A DNA stretch of 64,000 nt, taken from assembly GCA_038045945.1 (NCBI GenBank), contig JBBSXC010000001.1, forward strand, positions 64,001 to 128,000. The letters run 5' to 3'. Of the stretch, positions 26,815-36,809 are shown one piece after another (positions within the stretch are counted from its first letter, which is position 1; each line of letters begins with the position of its first letter). Below the pieces are notes generated by a model that made no database searches, had not been told where the DNA came from, and worked only from the letters and a program-made list of their open reading frames with translations. The position numbers and the translations under genes were made by a program. This stretch comes from Nanobdellota archaeon. Lineage in GTDB: Archaea; Nanobdellota; Nanobdellia; Pacearchaeales; GW2011-AR1.

Positions 26815-27135
26815 TTATTTTTTATCAATAAATTTTGAGAATTCTCTAACTACTTTTCTAAACTTTTTTGTGTGCCCTCTTTTAGAGCCGCTTATTTGTC
26901 TGCTGTAGGCGTGGGCTAATTCATGTATTAATGTATTTATTTGTGATAATAAAGAGTTATTCTCTCCTATTGATATTATCCTTTTTTTTATTTTGTAGTA
27001 TCCCTTAACTTCTCTTTTTTTGTGGAATCCGTCAAAAAGGTTTATTTCTTTTATTACTAGTTTTCCTTTACAAAATTTTTTGTTAATTAGAAGTGTTATC
27101 TTCTTAAAAAGTAAGATTTTTTCTTTATTCTCCAT
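26815..27135 (-). CDS. SprT-like HEXXH metallopeptidase domain protein
   Basis: TLIHELAH...GHTKKF. Confidence 0.7.
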   Translation of the reverse strand: MENKEKILLFKKITLLINKKFCKGKLVIKEINLFDGFHKKREVKGYYKIKKRIISIGENNSLLSQINTLIHELAHAYSRQISGSKRGHTKKFRKVVREFSKFIDKK

Positions 27136-27242
27136 TGTTATTGTAATGTTTTTCTCGTATAAAAGGGCTTTTGTTGGACCGTTTTTTTAATTGATAATGA
27201 GTTATAGGATAGTTTTTAATACTAAGATTAAGAAATAATTTT

Positions 27243-28427
27243 ATGTTAATAGGACTTGTTGGTGCCCCTAATGTTGGTAAAAGTACTTTTTTTAAGGCTG
27301 CTACTTTAGCTGATGTTTTAATAGCTAATTATCCTTTTGCTACTATAAAGCCTAATCATGGAGTAGCTTATGTTCGTATTGATTGTATTGATAAAGAATT
27401 AGGCGCTAAGTGTAATCCTCGTGAGGGTTATTGTGTTGATGGTCAACGTTTTGTTCCTTGTGAATTAATGGATGTTGCTGGTTTAGTTCCTGATGCTTCT
27501 AAGGGTAAGGGTTTGGGTAATCAGTTTTTAGATGATTTGCGTCAGGCTGATGCTTTTATTCAAATTGTTGATTTGTCTGGTAAGAATAATGAAGAAGGTA
27601 AGGCTGTTGATGATTATTATCCTGGTAACAGTATTGCTTTTTTGGAGAAGGAGTTAGATTTGTGGTATTTGGGAATTCTCAAAAAGGTTTGGCCTGTTTT
27701 TGTTCGTACTGCTGAGATGCAAAAGCAGAATTTTGCTCAGGCTGTAACAAAACAGTTTTCAGGGCTGAAAGTAACTGAGGATGATGTTAAGAAAGTTTTG
27801 TTAAAGACGGGTTTAGACCCCCTTCATCCAACTAAGTGGTCTGATGATGAATTAATGAAGTTTTCAAACATGCTTCGGTCTTTGACTAAGCCTATGATTA
27901 TTGTTGGTAACAAGATTGATTCAGCTAAGGGTAAGGAGAATTATGATAAGATTAAGAAGGATTTTTCTTATGAGGTTATTCCAGTATCAGCTGAGAGTGA
28001 ATTAGCTTTGCGTGAAGCATCAAAGAATGGAATAATAGATTATGTTCCTGGCGATAAGGACTTTATTATAAAAGATGAGTCTAAACTTACTGATAAGCAA
28101 AGAATGGCTCTAAAGTTTGTTAAAGAAAAAATTCTTGACGTTTATGGCTCGACCGGTGTTCAAAAAGTTCTTAACATGGTAGTTTTTGATTTGTTAAAGT
28201 ATATCGCTGTTTTCCCTGCTGGTACAAAAAAGTTAGCTGATAGTAAAGGAAATATTTTACCAGATTGTTATTTGATTCCTTCAGGTAGTACTGCTTTAGA
28301 TTTTGCTTTTAAGCTTCATACTGATTTAGGTAAAAACTTTATTAGAGCAATTGACGTTAGAACTAAACAAACTGTTGGTAAAGATCACAAACTTAAAAAT
28401 CGTGATGGTATTGAGATAGTAACTTAA
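27243..28427 (+). CDS. ychF: YchF/OBG-family translation-associated NTPase
   Basis: GAPNVGKST, ANYPFATI, DVAGLV, C-terminal TGS domain. Confidence 0.95.
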   Translation: MLIGLVGAPNVGKSTFFKAATLADVLIANYPFATIKPNHGVAYVRIDCIDKELGAKCNPREGYCVDGQRFVPCELMDVAGLVPDASKGKGLGNQFLDDLRQADAFIQIVDLSGKNNEEGKAVDDYYPGNSIAFLEKELDLWYLGILKKVWPVFVRTAEMQKQNFAQAVTKQFSGLKVTEDDVKKVLLKTGLDPLHPTKWSDDELMKFSNMLRSLTKPMIIVGNKIDSAKGKENYDKIKKDFSYEVIPVSAESELALREASKNGIIDYVPGDKDFIIKDESKLTDKQRMALKFVKEKILDVYGSTGVQKVLNMVVFDLLKYIAVFPAGTKKLADSKGNILPDCYLIPSGSTALDFAFKLHTDLGKNFIRAIDVRTKQTVGKDHKLKNRDGIEIVT

Positions 28428-28490
28428 GAATTCTTCTTTAGTTTCTTTTGCACATAAATCTTTTAATACGTATTAATCATTATCCTAATT

Positions 28491-29864
28491 ATGAGTTTTG
28501 ATGAAAAGTTAGATCATTATGTTAATGGTATGGTTGATTCTTATTCTAGTGAGTTGTGTGATTTGGTTAATATTCCAAGCGTATCAAACGATCCTACAAA
28601 GAAGGATGATTTACAAAGAATTTTGTTAAGAGTTAGTGAAATCGTTCAGCCTATTGGTTTTGTTACCCAAATTGTTCCAACAAAGGGTAATCCTGCTATG
28701 ATAGCAACACTAAAAATTAGTGATGATAAACCCTGGCTTATGATTTATAATCATATGGATGTTCAGCCTGCTAATGAGCCTGAGTGGAAGACTCAAGCGT
28801 TCACCGCTACTATTACTAACGGTAAAATTATTGGTAGAGGTAGTACTGATGATAAGGGTCCTGCTCTTTCAGTTATTCATGCTATAAAGTTTTTGAAAGA
28901 TAATAATCATGATTTGCCTAATATTCAACTGGTTTATGAAACTGAGGAAGAAATTGGTTCTCCCAATTTTGGTTCTTTTATTGAAGAAAACCTTAAGATT
29001 GGTAAACTCATGATTCCTTCATCAATTCTTGTTTCTGATACTATTTTTGAGGGTGATAGTCCTAGTATTTCTTATAAGCTTAGGGGTGTTGTTAGGGCTT
29101 TTGTTACTCTTCAGACTGCTGATAAGGAAGTTCATTCTGGAATGGCTGGTGGTATTGCTAAGAATCCACTTAAGATTTTGATTAAGGCTCTTAATTCTTG
29201 TTATGAGGAAAATAATATTTTGATTCCTGGTTGGCATGATGGGATAATACCATTAACTGATAAGGAGAAGGAATCAACGAAGAAGGCTTCAACATCGCTA
29301 ATTATTGAGAAGTTTAAGAGTGATTTAGGATTGCTTGAAACTCATACTGATAACTCGCAAGAGGCTATTATGAGGCTTTGGCATCAGCCTACTTTTGAGG
29401 TTCATGGCTTTGAGGGTGCTCAGCATTTGCCTGGTTCTATTAAGACTGCTATTCCTAAGTCTGTTACTGCTAAACTCACCATGAGGATTGTTCCAGGTCA
29501 AGATGTTGATAACTTGTTATTTCTCTTAGGCGAGCATTTGAGGAATACTCATCCTGGAATAATTGTTAGAGGTGATGGTCTTCCAGCATCAATTACTGAT
29601 ATTAATAATCCTTTTGTTAAGAGGGCTGAGCAAGCATGTCTTTACGGTTTTGGTAAGGAGCCTTTGTTTGTTGGTTGTGGTGGCTCTATTGGTGCTGTTA
29701 CAGAATTTCAGAGATTACTTGAGGGTGTTCCAGTTGTCTTAATCGCTCAATCTCTTCTTTCTGATGGTTATCATGCTCCTAATGAAGAATTTCGTTTAAC
29801 TCAGGCTCAGGCTGGTTGTAAAACAATGGCTAAGTATATTAGTAGTATTGCGTTAATGAGGTAA
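28491..29864 (+). CDS. M20 family metallopeptidase/dipeptidase
   Basis: YNHMDVQP, GRGSTDDKGP, ETEEEIGS, HSG, HAPNE. Confidence 0.92.
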   Translation: MSFDEKLDHYVNGMVDSYSSELCDLVNIPSVSNDPTKKDDLQRILLRVSEIVQPIGFVTQIVPTKGNPAMIATLKISDDKPWLMIYNHMDVQPANEPEWKTQAFTATITNGKIIGRGSTDDKGPALSVIHAIKFLKDNNHDLPNIQLVYETEEEIGSPNFGSFIEENLKIGKLMIPSSILVSDTIFEGDSPSISYKLRGVVRAFVTLQTADKEVHSGMAGGIAKNPLKILIKALNSCYEENNILIPGWHDGIIPLTDKEKESTKKASTSLIIEKFKSDLGLLETHTDNSQEAIMRLWHQPTFEVHGFEGAQHLPGSIKTAIPKSVTAKLTMRIVPGQDVDNLLFLLGEHLRNTHPGIIVRGDGLPASITDINNPFVKRAEQACLYGFGKEPLFVGCGGSIGAVTEFQRLLEGVPVVLIAQSLLSDGYHAPNEEFRLTQAQAGCKTMAKYISSIALMR

Positions 29865-29905
29865 TTACAATAATTTTTATAAAGTGAAACAATCATTTTT
29901 TTGTT

Positions 29906-30424
29906 ATGGATTCTAAACAAGCTGATTCTTTTTTGGGTTTTACTTATTTAAGTCTTGATGCTTTGCAACAATTCTTAAGTGTTGATATTCCAAAGGCGAG
30001 GGATCCTTCTGTTCGTTTTCCTTCTTTAAGGCTTGATGATATAAGAGTTGTTGGTGTTGGCTCTTCTCATGATGGAACTAAGGCAGTTAGAGCTACTATT
30101 AGGGATTATTTTAGTTCTAGGAACGGAGATGTTTCTGGTAAGATAGTTTATGGCAAGGTTTTAGCTACTATGTCTGATGATCATAAAGGGGTTGTTGAGG
30201 CTGTAAGGTTTAGGCTCGATAGAGAAATACCTTTGATTAATCCTAGAAGTGGTGGTAGGCGTTGTAATTTTGCTCCTGAAACTAGTATTAGTCCTTGTAA
30301 TACGAAAGTTTTAGCTCTTCATAATAAGGATAATTTTAGGTTGATGTTTGGTGCTGGTACTCTTAGTTTTTCTCAGGATTATTTTATTTCTGAGAAAGGT
30401 CTTGATCTTATGTATTCTTTCTAA
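29906..30424 (+). CDS. Hypothetical protein
   Basis: 172 aa; TATA upstream. Confidence 0.65.
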   Translation: MDSKQADSFLGFTYLSLDALQQFLSVDIPKARDPSVRFPSLRLDDIRVVGVGSSHDGTKAVRATIRDYFSSRNGDVSGKIVYGKVLATMSDDHKGVVEAVRFRLDREIPLINPRSGGRRCNFAPETSISPCNTKVLALHNKDNFRLMFGAGTLSFSQDYFISEKGLDLMYSF

Positions 30425-30436
30425 AAAAAAAGTTTT

Positions 30437-32473
30437 TTAGTGGTATTCGTTTCTTGCTTTGAATGAGTCTATGAATTTGCTGTTGTCGTCTCTGTTTACT
30501 ACGCTGTTTAGTTCGTATGCTTCTGTGTCTCCTTTAACTATCTTTTTGACTTTTGTTGCTGATGCTACTCTTCTTTGCATTTGTTGTGATAGTAATACTT
30601 CGCTTGTTGCTCCGTCTGCTAATTTTTTTGCTAGGCTTAGTGTTTGTCCTAGGCTTGTGAATTTTAGTTTTTTTGTTTGTTTGTCTATTTCTACTACTAG
30701 GTCTCCGTGGTTTATTCCTATTCCGAATTCTATTTTGTTTGCTGGGTTTGATTTTGAGTTGTGTAGTGTTAGTACGGATTTTATTTCTTGTGCTATTATT
30801 AGGCTTGTGTTTTCTGTTTTGTATGTTTTCGTTGCGCTTGGTGCTAGTATTCCTATGATGAATTCTTCTGCTTGGTATACTGATCCTTTAACTTTTGTTA
30901 TTTGTGCTATTATTGTTTCTAGTGCTGTTTTGTAGTAGTCTTGTTTTTCTATTTTTTGTTTGTTTTTTATTTTTATTGCTATTATTGAGCATGGTTCTTT
31001 AACTCCCCTTATTACTAGTGAGTGTTCTGCTTCTTTTGGTGTTACTCTTCCTATTGTTACGTCTGAGCTTCTTATTGTGCTTATGTTTGGTGCTTCGTAG
31101 TTTGTGTTTCCGTACTTGTTTCCTTTTACAAGCCTACTTAATGCTGCCAGTGAAGGCATGTAGTGTATGAATTTTTGTTTTCCTAAGCCTTTTGATACTC
31201 CGAATATGAATAGTCCTAATACGCCTAGTATGAATAGCCATACTAGCGAGTATCTTGTTATTATTGATGTGCTGTCTGCTACGTCGATAAGTCTTACTGC
31301 ATTACCTGTTAGTGATATTCCTGATGCTGAGAATTTTCCTACCCCATCTGTTGCTGATACGTCGTAACTTCCGTCTGGTGCTTGTAAACTGTATATTGCG
31401 CTTTCACCAACTCCTAATTCTAAGTCTATTATTTCTTTGTTTGGTCCTATTCCTACCTCAACGCTTTTTTTGTATGGTACGTTTCCCGTATTTGCTATTT
31501 TTAGTGTTGTGTTGACTATTTCGAATGTTACTTTTTCTACTTCTGGTACGTAGAAGAATCGTTTGTTGCTTAGTGATTCTACTTTTACTACTATTGTTCT
31601 GTATCCTGGTGTTTCGTTTATTGGTAAATCAATCATTATGTCTTCTCCCGAGTTTACTATTTGGTCGTTTATTTTTGTGTCTTCTCCGTTTAGTAATGAG
31701 TATCTTGCTTGTGTTGTTATTTCTTTATCTGTTTGGTCGTATACTAATATTTTGAATTTGTATGGTGTTCCTGGTGTTGCTTCTTGGTTTTCTATTGATA
31801 CTTCTATTTTTCTTGCTTCTTGTTTTACGAATATGTTGCTTTCTAGGTTTGCGTCGTTTATTATGTTTCCTTGTTTGTCTTTTTCGTAAACTTTTGTTTT
31901 TATTGAGTATGTTCCTGATGCCATGTTTTGTGGTAGGCTGAAGTTGTATACTGCTACTCCGTTAATTACTGGTAAGTCTAGTGATATTCCTGCTTCTGCG
32001 AATGTTACTGATGCGAATCCGTTTATTGCTTTTCCGTTTGCTTTTGTTGCGCTTATTCTTATGATTATGCTTTCGCTAGGCCCTACTTCTTTTTTGTCTA
32101 TTTCTGCGTATGCGTCGGTGTGGTCGCTTATTGTGAATGTTTGGCTTTGAACTGATGATGTTCCGTATGTTGCTGCTATGAAGCATGATCCTTTTAGTGG
32201 TCCTATGAATGAGTTTGATAAAGTGAATGATTTTCTTACAATTGTTGATGATAATATGTCGTGTGTTATTACTACTTTGTTTTGTTCGCAGTTAAGACTC
32301 ATATCGAAGAAGTTGTCTGATAAGCTGTCCACTGTTGCTGCTAGTGTTATTTCGTCGCCTAAGTTGTAAATTGCTGCTGGTTGTTCTAAGAATACTTCAG
32401 CTCGCACAGCGCTAACTGTTAGTAATAATGTTACTGCTAAAACTATTAATAATACTGTTGATGACTTCACCAT
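30437..32473 (-). CDS. Single-pass membrane protein with Ig-like ectodomain and degenerate class III nucleotidyl-cyclase-like domain
   Basis: Signal peptide, beta-rich region, TM, then FGIGINHGDL...LGQTLSLAKKL...VLLS. Confidence 0.7.
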   Translation of the reverse strand: MVKSSTVLLIVLAVTLLLTVSAVRAEVFLEQPAAIYNLGDEITLAATVDSLSDNFFDMSLNCEQNKVVITHDILSSTIVRKSFTLSNSFIGPLKGSCFIAATYGTSSVQSQTFTISDHTDAYAEIDKKEVGPSESIIIRISATKANGKAINGFASVTFAEAGISLDLPVINGVAVYNFSLPQNMASGTYSIKTKVYEKDKQGNIINDANLESNIFVKQEARKIEVSIENQEATPGTPYKFKILVYDQTDKEITTQARYSLLNGEDTKINDQIVNSGEDIMIDLPINETPGYRTIVVKVESLSNKRFFYVPEVEKVTFEIVNTTLKIANTGNVPYKKSVEVGIGPNKEIIDLELGVGESAIYSLQAPDGSYDVSATDGVGKFSASGISLTGNAVRLIDVADSTSIITRYSLVWLFILGVLGLFIFGVSKGLGKQKFIHYMPSLAALSRLVKGNKYGNTNYEAPNISTIRSSDVTIGRVTPKEAEHSLVIRGVKEPCSIIAIKIKNKQKIEKQDYYKTALETIIAQITKVKGSVYQAEEFIIGILAPSATKTYKTENTSLIIAQEIKSVLTLHNSKSNPANKIEFGIGINHGDLVVEIDKQTKKLKFTSLGQTLSLAKKLADGATSEVLLSQQMQRRVASATKVKKIVKGDTEAYELNSVVNRDDNSKFIDSFKARNEYH

Positions 32474-32593
32474 TTTTCTTCTATAGTGTTATCGAGCAAA
32501 TAATGTATATAAATGTTATGAGGAAGAGAAACATACAATAAAGATAGTTATTTATCAGCAATCTCTGCAGACAAAGTTTATATAATTAGGATT

Positions 32594-33736
32594 ATGACTG
32601 TTTTTATGGTAAAGGGTGAATCAATGAAGGTTACTCCTTATGAAGCAAAAGGGGAAATAGACTATGATCAATTAGTAAAACAGTTCGGTGTTGAGAGGAT
32701 TGATCAAGATTTAATGAAGAGGATAGAAAAGAAGGCAGGTGAGCTACATTTCATGCTTCGCAGAGGAGTCTTTTTTGCGCATAGAGACTTAAAATTTGTA
32801 CTTGAAGAGTACGATAAGGGAAACAAGTTTTATCTTTACACTGGGAGAGCTCCAAGTGGACCAATACATTTAGGGCATCTACAACCTTGGATTTTTACTA
32901 AGTGGTTACAGGATACTTTTGGTGTAGAGTTATGGTTTCAATTCCCTGATGAAGAAAAATTTTTGTTTAAACCAGAGATGAGTTTTGAGGATGGACAAAA
33001 ATATCTTAATGATAATATGTTGGACATTATAGCTTTAGGTTTTGATCCTAAAAAGACTCACTTCTTGATAGATACTAAGCATGCAAATGCTATGTACAAA
33101 GAAGCATGTAAAGTAGCAAAAAAGATTACTTTTAACATGGTAAGGTCATCATTCGGATTTGATGAAAGTGATAATATAGGATTAATATTTTACACTAGTA
33201 TGCAAGCTGTTCCAGCATTTTTGCCTTCGGTAATCGCAAAAAAGAATATTCCTTGTTTGATTCCTCACGCAGTTGACCAAGACGTCCACTTTAGGTTAAC
33301 TAGGGATATTTTGCCAAAACTAGGTTATTATAAACCTGCAAGTATTCAATGCGTATTTTTGCCGCCTTTACAGGGGGTTGCTGGAAAGATGAGTTCATCA
33401 CAAAGCAGTGAAGCAATACTAACTACTGATACACCAAAGGAAGTTGAGCGTAAGATTAACAGGTACGCTTTTAGTGGGGGAAGAGATACCATTGAGGAGC
33501 ATCGTAAACTTGGAGGAAATCCTGATGTTGATGTTTCTTACCAATATTTGAGGATGCTATTAGAAGATGATGATAAGAAACTAAAAAAGATTCATGATGA
33601 TTATAAGAGTGGAAAGATGACAACAGGCGAATTAAAGAAATATACTATTGATAAAATTAATTCTTTTTTAGCAGTTCATCAAAAGAAGCGCGAAGAAGCA
33701 AAAAAGGTTGTTGACAAATTTATTTGGAAAGAATGA
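32594..33736 (+). CDS. trpS: Tryptophan--tRNA ligase (archaeal/eukaryal type)
   Basis: LYTGRAPS, HLGH, KMSSS, YAFSGG. Confidence 0.96.
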   Translation: MTVFMVKGESMKVTPYEAKGEIDYDQLVKQFGVERIDQDLMKRIEKKAGELHFMLRRGVFFAHRDLKFVLEEYDKGNKFYLYTGRAPSGPIHLGHLQPWIFTKWLQDTFGVELWFQFPDEEKFLFKPEMSFEDGQKYLNDNMLDIIALGFDPKKTHFLIDTKHANAMYKEACKVAKKITFNMVRSSFGFDESDNIGLIFYTSMQAVPAFLPSVIAKKNIPCLIPHAVDQDVHFRLTRDILPKLGYYKPASIQCVFLPPLQGVAGKMSSSQSSEAILTTDTPKEVERKINRYAFSGGRDTIEEHRKLGGNPDVDVSYQYLRMLLEDDDKKLKKIHDDYKSGKMTTGELKKYTIDKINSFLAVHQKKREEAKKVVDKFIWKE

Positions 33737-33737
33737 A

Positions 33738-34376
33738 TTATTTTTCTTTATAAAAGACGTGTTTGAATTCTTTAGCATTTTTTATTTCATCAAAAGTTTT
33801 TCTTTCCATTAGTTTTGAGCCAGCCCATTTAGGACTAATAGCTAAAGTGTGATAATGAGTTTGTCCAAGATTATAAGAATTGGAATTTTCTCCTAAGACA
33901 GTATCTGCAGCTGTTAAGCATTCTTCCCATGATTTCGAGTCATATCTTTGTGGGTCCATAAGTTTTTTCTTATTAGGATCATTATCGTTAAAGCATGAGT
34001 ATTGCCACTCTTTAAGTATAGAATCCTTTATTGTTTCCCCATTCCACTTTTTCCCATCTTTAGCTCTATTAATTGCCGTGTAAGCAATAACCCTTTTTTC
34101 TTCTCTAGAACAGTTTCTTGCTTCTCCAAAAAGCATTCTAGCAATTATTACTTTATCACTATCATTTTTAAAATCATTAGTGCTATAATCTACTTGTTTG
34201 GCTTTTTGTTTATCACTTTTTGGTAAATCAAATAATTCTAAGCGTTCTTCTAGTTGCGAGTTATTTGTTATTCCCTTAGGATTTTCTTCAGTATAAGTTT
34301 GGCTTTTATCAAAATAGTATATAAGCGCACTTAGACCTATTATTCCCCCAGCAACTATTTTTTGTCTAGTGTTCAT
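33738..34376 (-). CDS. SleB/Hydrolase_2-family cell wall hydrolase with N-terminal anchor
   Basis: ARMLFGEARN, VIAYTAINR, WQYSCFN, THYH, PKWA, HVFY. Confidence 0.88.
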   Translation of the reverse strand: MNTRQKIVAGGIIGLSALIYYFDKSQTYTEENPKGITNNSQLEERLELFDLPKSDKQKAKQVDYSTNDFKNDSDKVIIARMLFGEARNCSREEKRVIAYTAINRAKDGKKWNGETIKDSILKEWQYSCFNDNDPNKKKLMDPQRYDSKSWEECLTAADTVLGENSNSYNLGQTHYHTLAISPKWAGSKLMERKTFDEIKNAKEFKHVFYKEK

Positions 34377-34388
34377 TTTTGTCTAAGC

Positions 34389-34637
34389 TTATAGATGCGC
34401 TGCCTCCATTCTTCTATGCAATTTTTCTTTAGTTAATCCTAAATTTATTGCTTCGTCTAATAATTTTTCGTCAGCTAGGATAATAGCAGCAGCTAATTCT
34501 TTACCCTCAGGAGAATAATTATTACCTGCATTATTAGAGAAGTCTGTTCTTAGTGCTTCAAGGTCTATACTTCTTTGAGCGATTATTAAAGCGTACTGAG
34601 GTTTTTCTTTTAGTTTAGAGAAGTATTCTGGTTCCAT
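34389..34637 (-). CDS. Hypothetical protein
   Basis: 82 aa; start overlaps the upstream stop. Confidence 0.6.
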   Translation of the reverse strand: MEPEYFSKLKEKPQYALIIAQRSIDLEALRTDFSNNAGNNYSPEGKELAAAIILADEKLLDEAINLGLTKEKLHRRMEAAHL

Positions 34638-34918
34638 TATTGATTGCTCCCTTCATAATTTTCTTCGTTAATTTTTCCAATAGGTTTGCATTCGTCAAAA
34701 ACTATTTCTTCAGCTTCAAGAACGCCTAAATCACTAGCTAAAGCAACAACTCCCCTTTCTCTTCTTTCAAGTTCTCTTGTAAGCATCCTGCTCTTATGGT
34801 GATTCAAAACTCCTGAACGGTAGCGTCCTTCAACTTGGTTATTAGCTACTTCAGCTGCATTGACGACAGGTCTAAATGCAGCAGCAGCATACAAGACTTC
34901 TTTATAGTCAACTCTCAT
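34637..34918 (-). CDS. Hypothetical protein
   Basis: Likely start ATG 34918 (MRVDYK), TATA ~25 nt upstream. Confidence 0.6.
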   Translation of the reverse strand: MRVDYKEVLYAAAAFRPVVNAAEVANNQVEGRYRSGVLNHHKSRMLTRELERRERGVVALASDLGVLEAEEIVFDECKPIGKINEENYEGSNQ

Positions 34919-34937
34919 AAAAACTACAGGAAAAAGA

Positions 34938-34999
34938 ACTATATAAATCTTACTGATAGTGTATCTTAGTAGTAGTAACAAAAGGAAGATTTATATAGT
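34938..34999. promoter_or_regulatory. Divergent promoters with identical 14-mers (AAGATTTATATAGT)
   Basis: Perfect inverted repeat 34938-34951 / 34986-34999, each 19 nt from an ATG. Confidence 0.75.
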
Positions 35000-35018
35000 A
35001 TTGATGAATCAATGATTT

Positions 35019-35444
35019 ATGGTTAAAAAAGAAGTTTTTGATTGTGGATGTTACAGAGTATCGGGAAACTTTTATGATGACAATGACGAAACTATAGCAA
35101 CAGCTGTGGCTAGTGCTGCAAGGGAAGCTGAAGTAGCATCAAGAAATGCTAGTCAAAGACCAAAAGATTTGGACTTAATAGCGGGTAGTTTAGATGTCAG
35201 ATTCAGAATTAGAGGATTTAGGGGGGAAGGAAGTCCTAGGGAATGGAGAACTGCTCCATTGAGTAATTTATCACATGCAGCCGGTTTTACTCGTGAGAAA
35301 GCAATAAGAGACTTTGGAAGAGCAAACTACCAGTTATTGGAAGATCCATTAATGCCACTACAAGAACACATATATGGGGACGGGATGTACAGAGCTACTC
35401 TAGAAAAAGCGCAATTAGCTGTAAAGTTAGAAGAAATGAGATAA
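35019..35444 (+). CDS. Hypothetical protein
   Basis: 141 aa ORF. Confidence 0.65.
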   Translation: MVKKEVFDCGCYRVSGNFYDDNDETIATAVASAAREAEVASRNASQRPKDLDLIAGSLDVRFRIRGFRGEGSPREWRTAPLSNLSHAAGFTREKAIRDFGRANYQLLEDPLMPLQEHIYGDGMYRATLEKAQLAVKLEEMR

Positions 35445-35508
35445 AAAGTGAGAAAAATTATTATTATCTAATTAAAACTTTTATAAACTCTTCTTTTGTT
35501 GTTATTGT

Positions 35509-36807
35509 ATGGCTGATTTTAAGTTTAATTTTGGTGATTTTGTTAAGATTAAGGATAATAATGAATTTTTAGAGGGCGTTATACTTGAGAGTCCTGATAG
35601 CGAGTTTTATTTGTTGAAGCTTAATAGTGGTTATAATATTGGTGTTAGAAAAGAGAATATTGTTTCAATAGAGGTCGTTAATAGGAGGGTTGTGGAAAAA
35701 GTTGTTGATGTTAAGAAAAGTGTTGATAGTGGTCTTCCTAAAGTTGATATTATTATGACAGGTGGCACTATTAGTAGTCGTCTTGATTATAGAACTGGTG
35801 GTGTTACTAGTCTTACAAGCCCAGAGGACTTTTTTCGTTTTTACCCAGAAATTTTTAAGATTGCGAGCGTTAATAGGGTTGTTGTTCCTTTCATGAAGTT
35901 GTCAGAGAACATGGAGATTAAAGATTGGAAGATTATTGGTGAAGAAGTTGAGAAGAGTATGAATAATCCTGAGGTTGATGGTGTTATTGTTACTCATGGT
36001 ACTGATATTTTACATTATACTTCTTCTGCTTTATCTTTTTTCTTTCCTAAGCCTAATAAGCCTGTAGTTTTGACTTTTAGTCAGAAGAGTACTGATAGGG
36101 CTTCTTCTGATGCTTCTTTGAATTTGCAGTGTGCTGCTAGACTTGCAGTATCAAATATTGCCGAGGTTGTTATTGTTGGTCATTCTAGTACTAATGATGA
36201 TTTTTGTTATGCTCTTCTGGGAACTAAGGTTAGGAAGATGCATTCTACTTCTAGAGATGCTTTCAAACCTGTGAATATTGATCCTTTAGTTAAGGTTTAT
36301 TCTGATAGGATTGAGAAGTTGAATTATTTTAGAGAGAGACCTTCTAAGTCTGATAAGAGTGAAAAATTAAAGGGCGATATATTTATTAGTGAAAAGGTTG
36401 GCCTAATAAAGTTTTATCCTGGTCAAAGTTTTGAGATACTTGATTATTATTCTAAGATTTGTGAAGCTTTAATAATTGAAGGTGTTGGCGTTGGTAATGT
36501 TCCTGTTGAGGGTAATAATTCTTGGATTCCTTCTATTAAGAAGGCTATTAATAATGGTATGATGATTTTTATGACTTCTCAGACTGTTTTTGGTAGGACA
36601 GAGCCTTATGTTTATTCTACGGCTAGAGATTTGCAAAAAGCTGGCGTGATTTTTTTAGAGGATATGTTGAGTGAGGCTGCTTTTGTTAAGCTTTCTTGGG
36701 TTCTTGGTAATAAGAATTGGAATAAGGATAAAGAAACTATTAAGAAGAAGATGCTTGAGAATGTTAGTGGTGAGATTAATAATAGATTGCAGTTAAGGGG
36801 GGATTAG
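35509..36807 (+). CDS. gatD: Glu-tRNA(Gln) amidotransferase subunit D
   Basis: LKLNSGYNIG, TGGTISSRLDYRTGGV, VTHGTD, VRKMHS. Confidence 0.95.
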   Translation: MADFKFNFGDFVKIKDNNEFLEGVILESPDSEFYLLKLNSGYNIGVRKENIVSIEVVNRRVVEKVVDVKKSVDSGLPKVDIIMTGGTISSRLDYRTGGVTSLTSPEDFFRFYPEIFKIASVNRVVVPFMKLSENMEIKDWKIIGEEVEKSMNNPEVDGVIVTHGTDILHYTSSALSFFFPKPNKPVVLTFSQKSTDRASSDASLNLQCAARLAVSNIAEVVIVGHSSTNDDFCYALLGTKVRKMHSTSRDAFKPVNIDPLVKVYSDRIEKLNYFRERPSKSDKSEKLKGDIFISEKVGLIKFYPGQSFEILDYYSKICEALIIEGVGVGNVPVEGNNSWIPSIKKAINNGMMIFMTSQTVFGRTEPYVYSTARDLQKAGVIFLEDMLSEAAFVKLSWVLGNKNWNKDKETIKKKMLENVSGEINNRLQLRGD

Positions 36808-36809
36808 TT

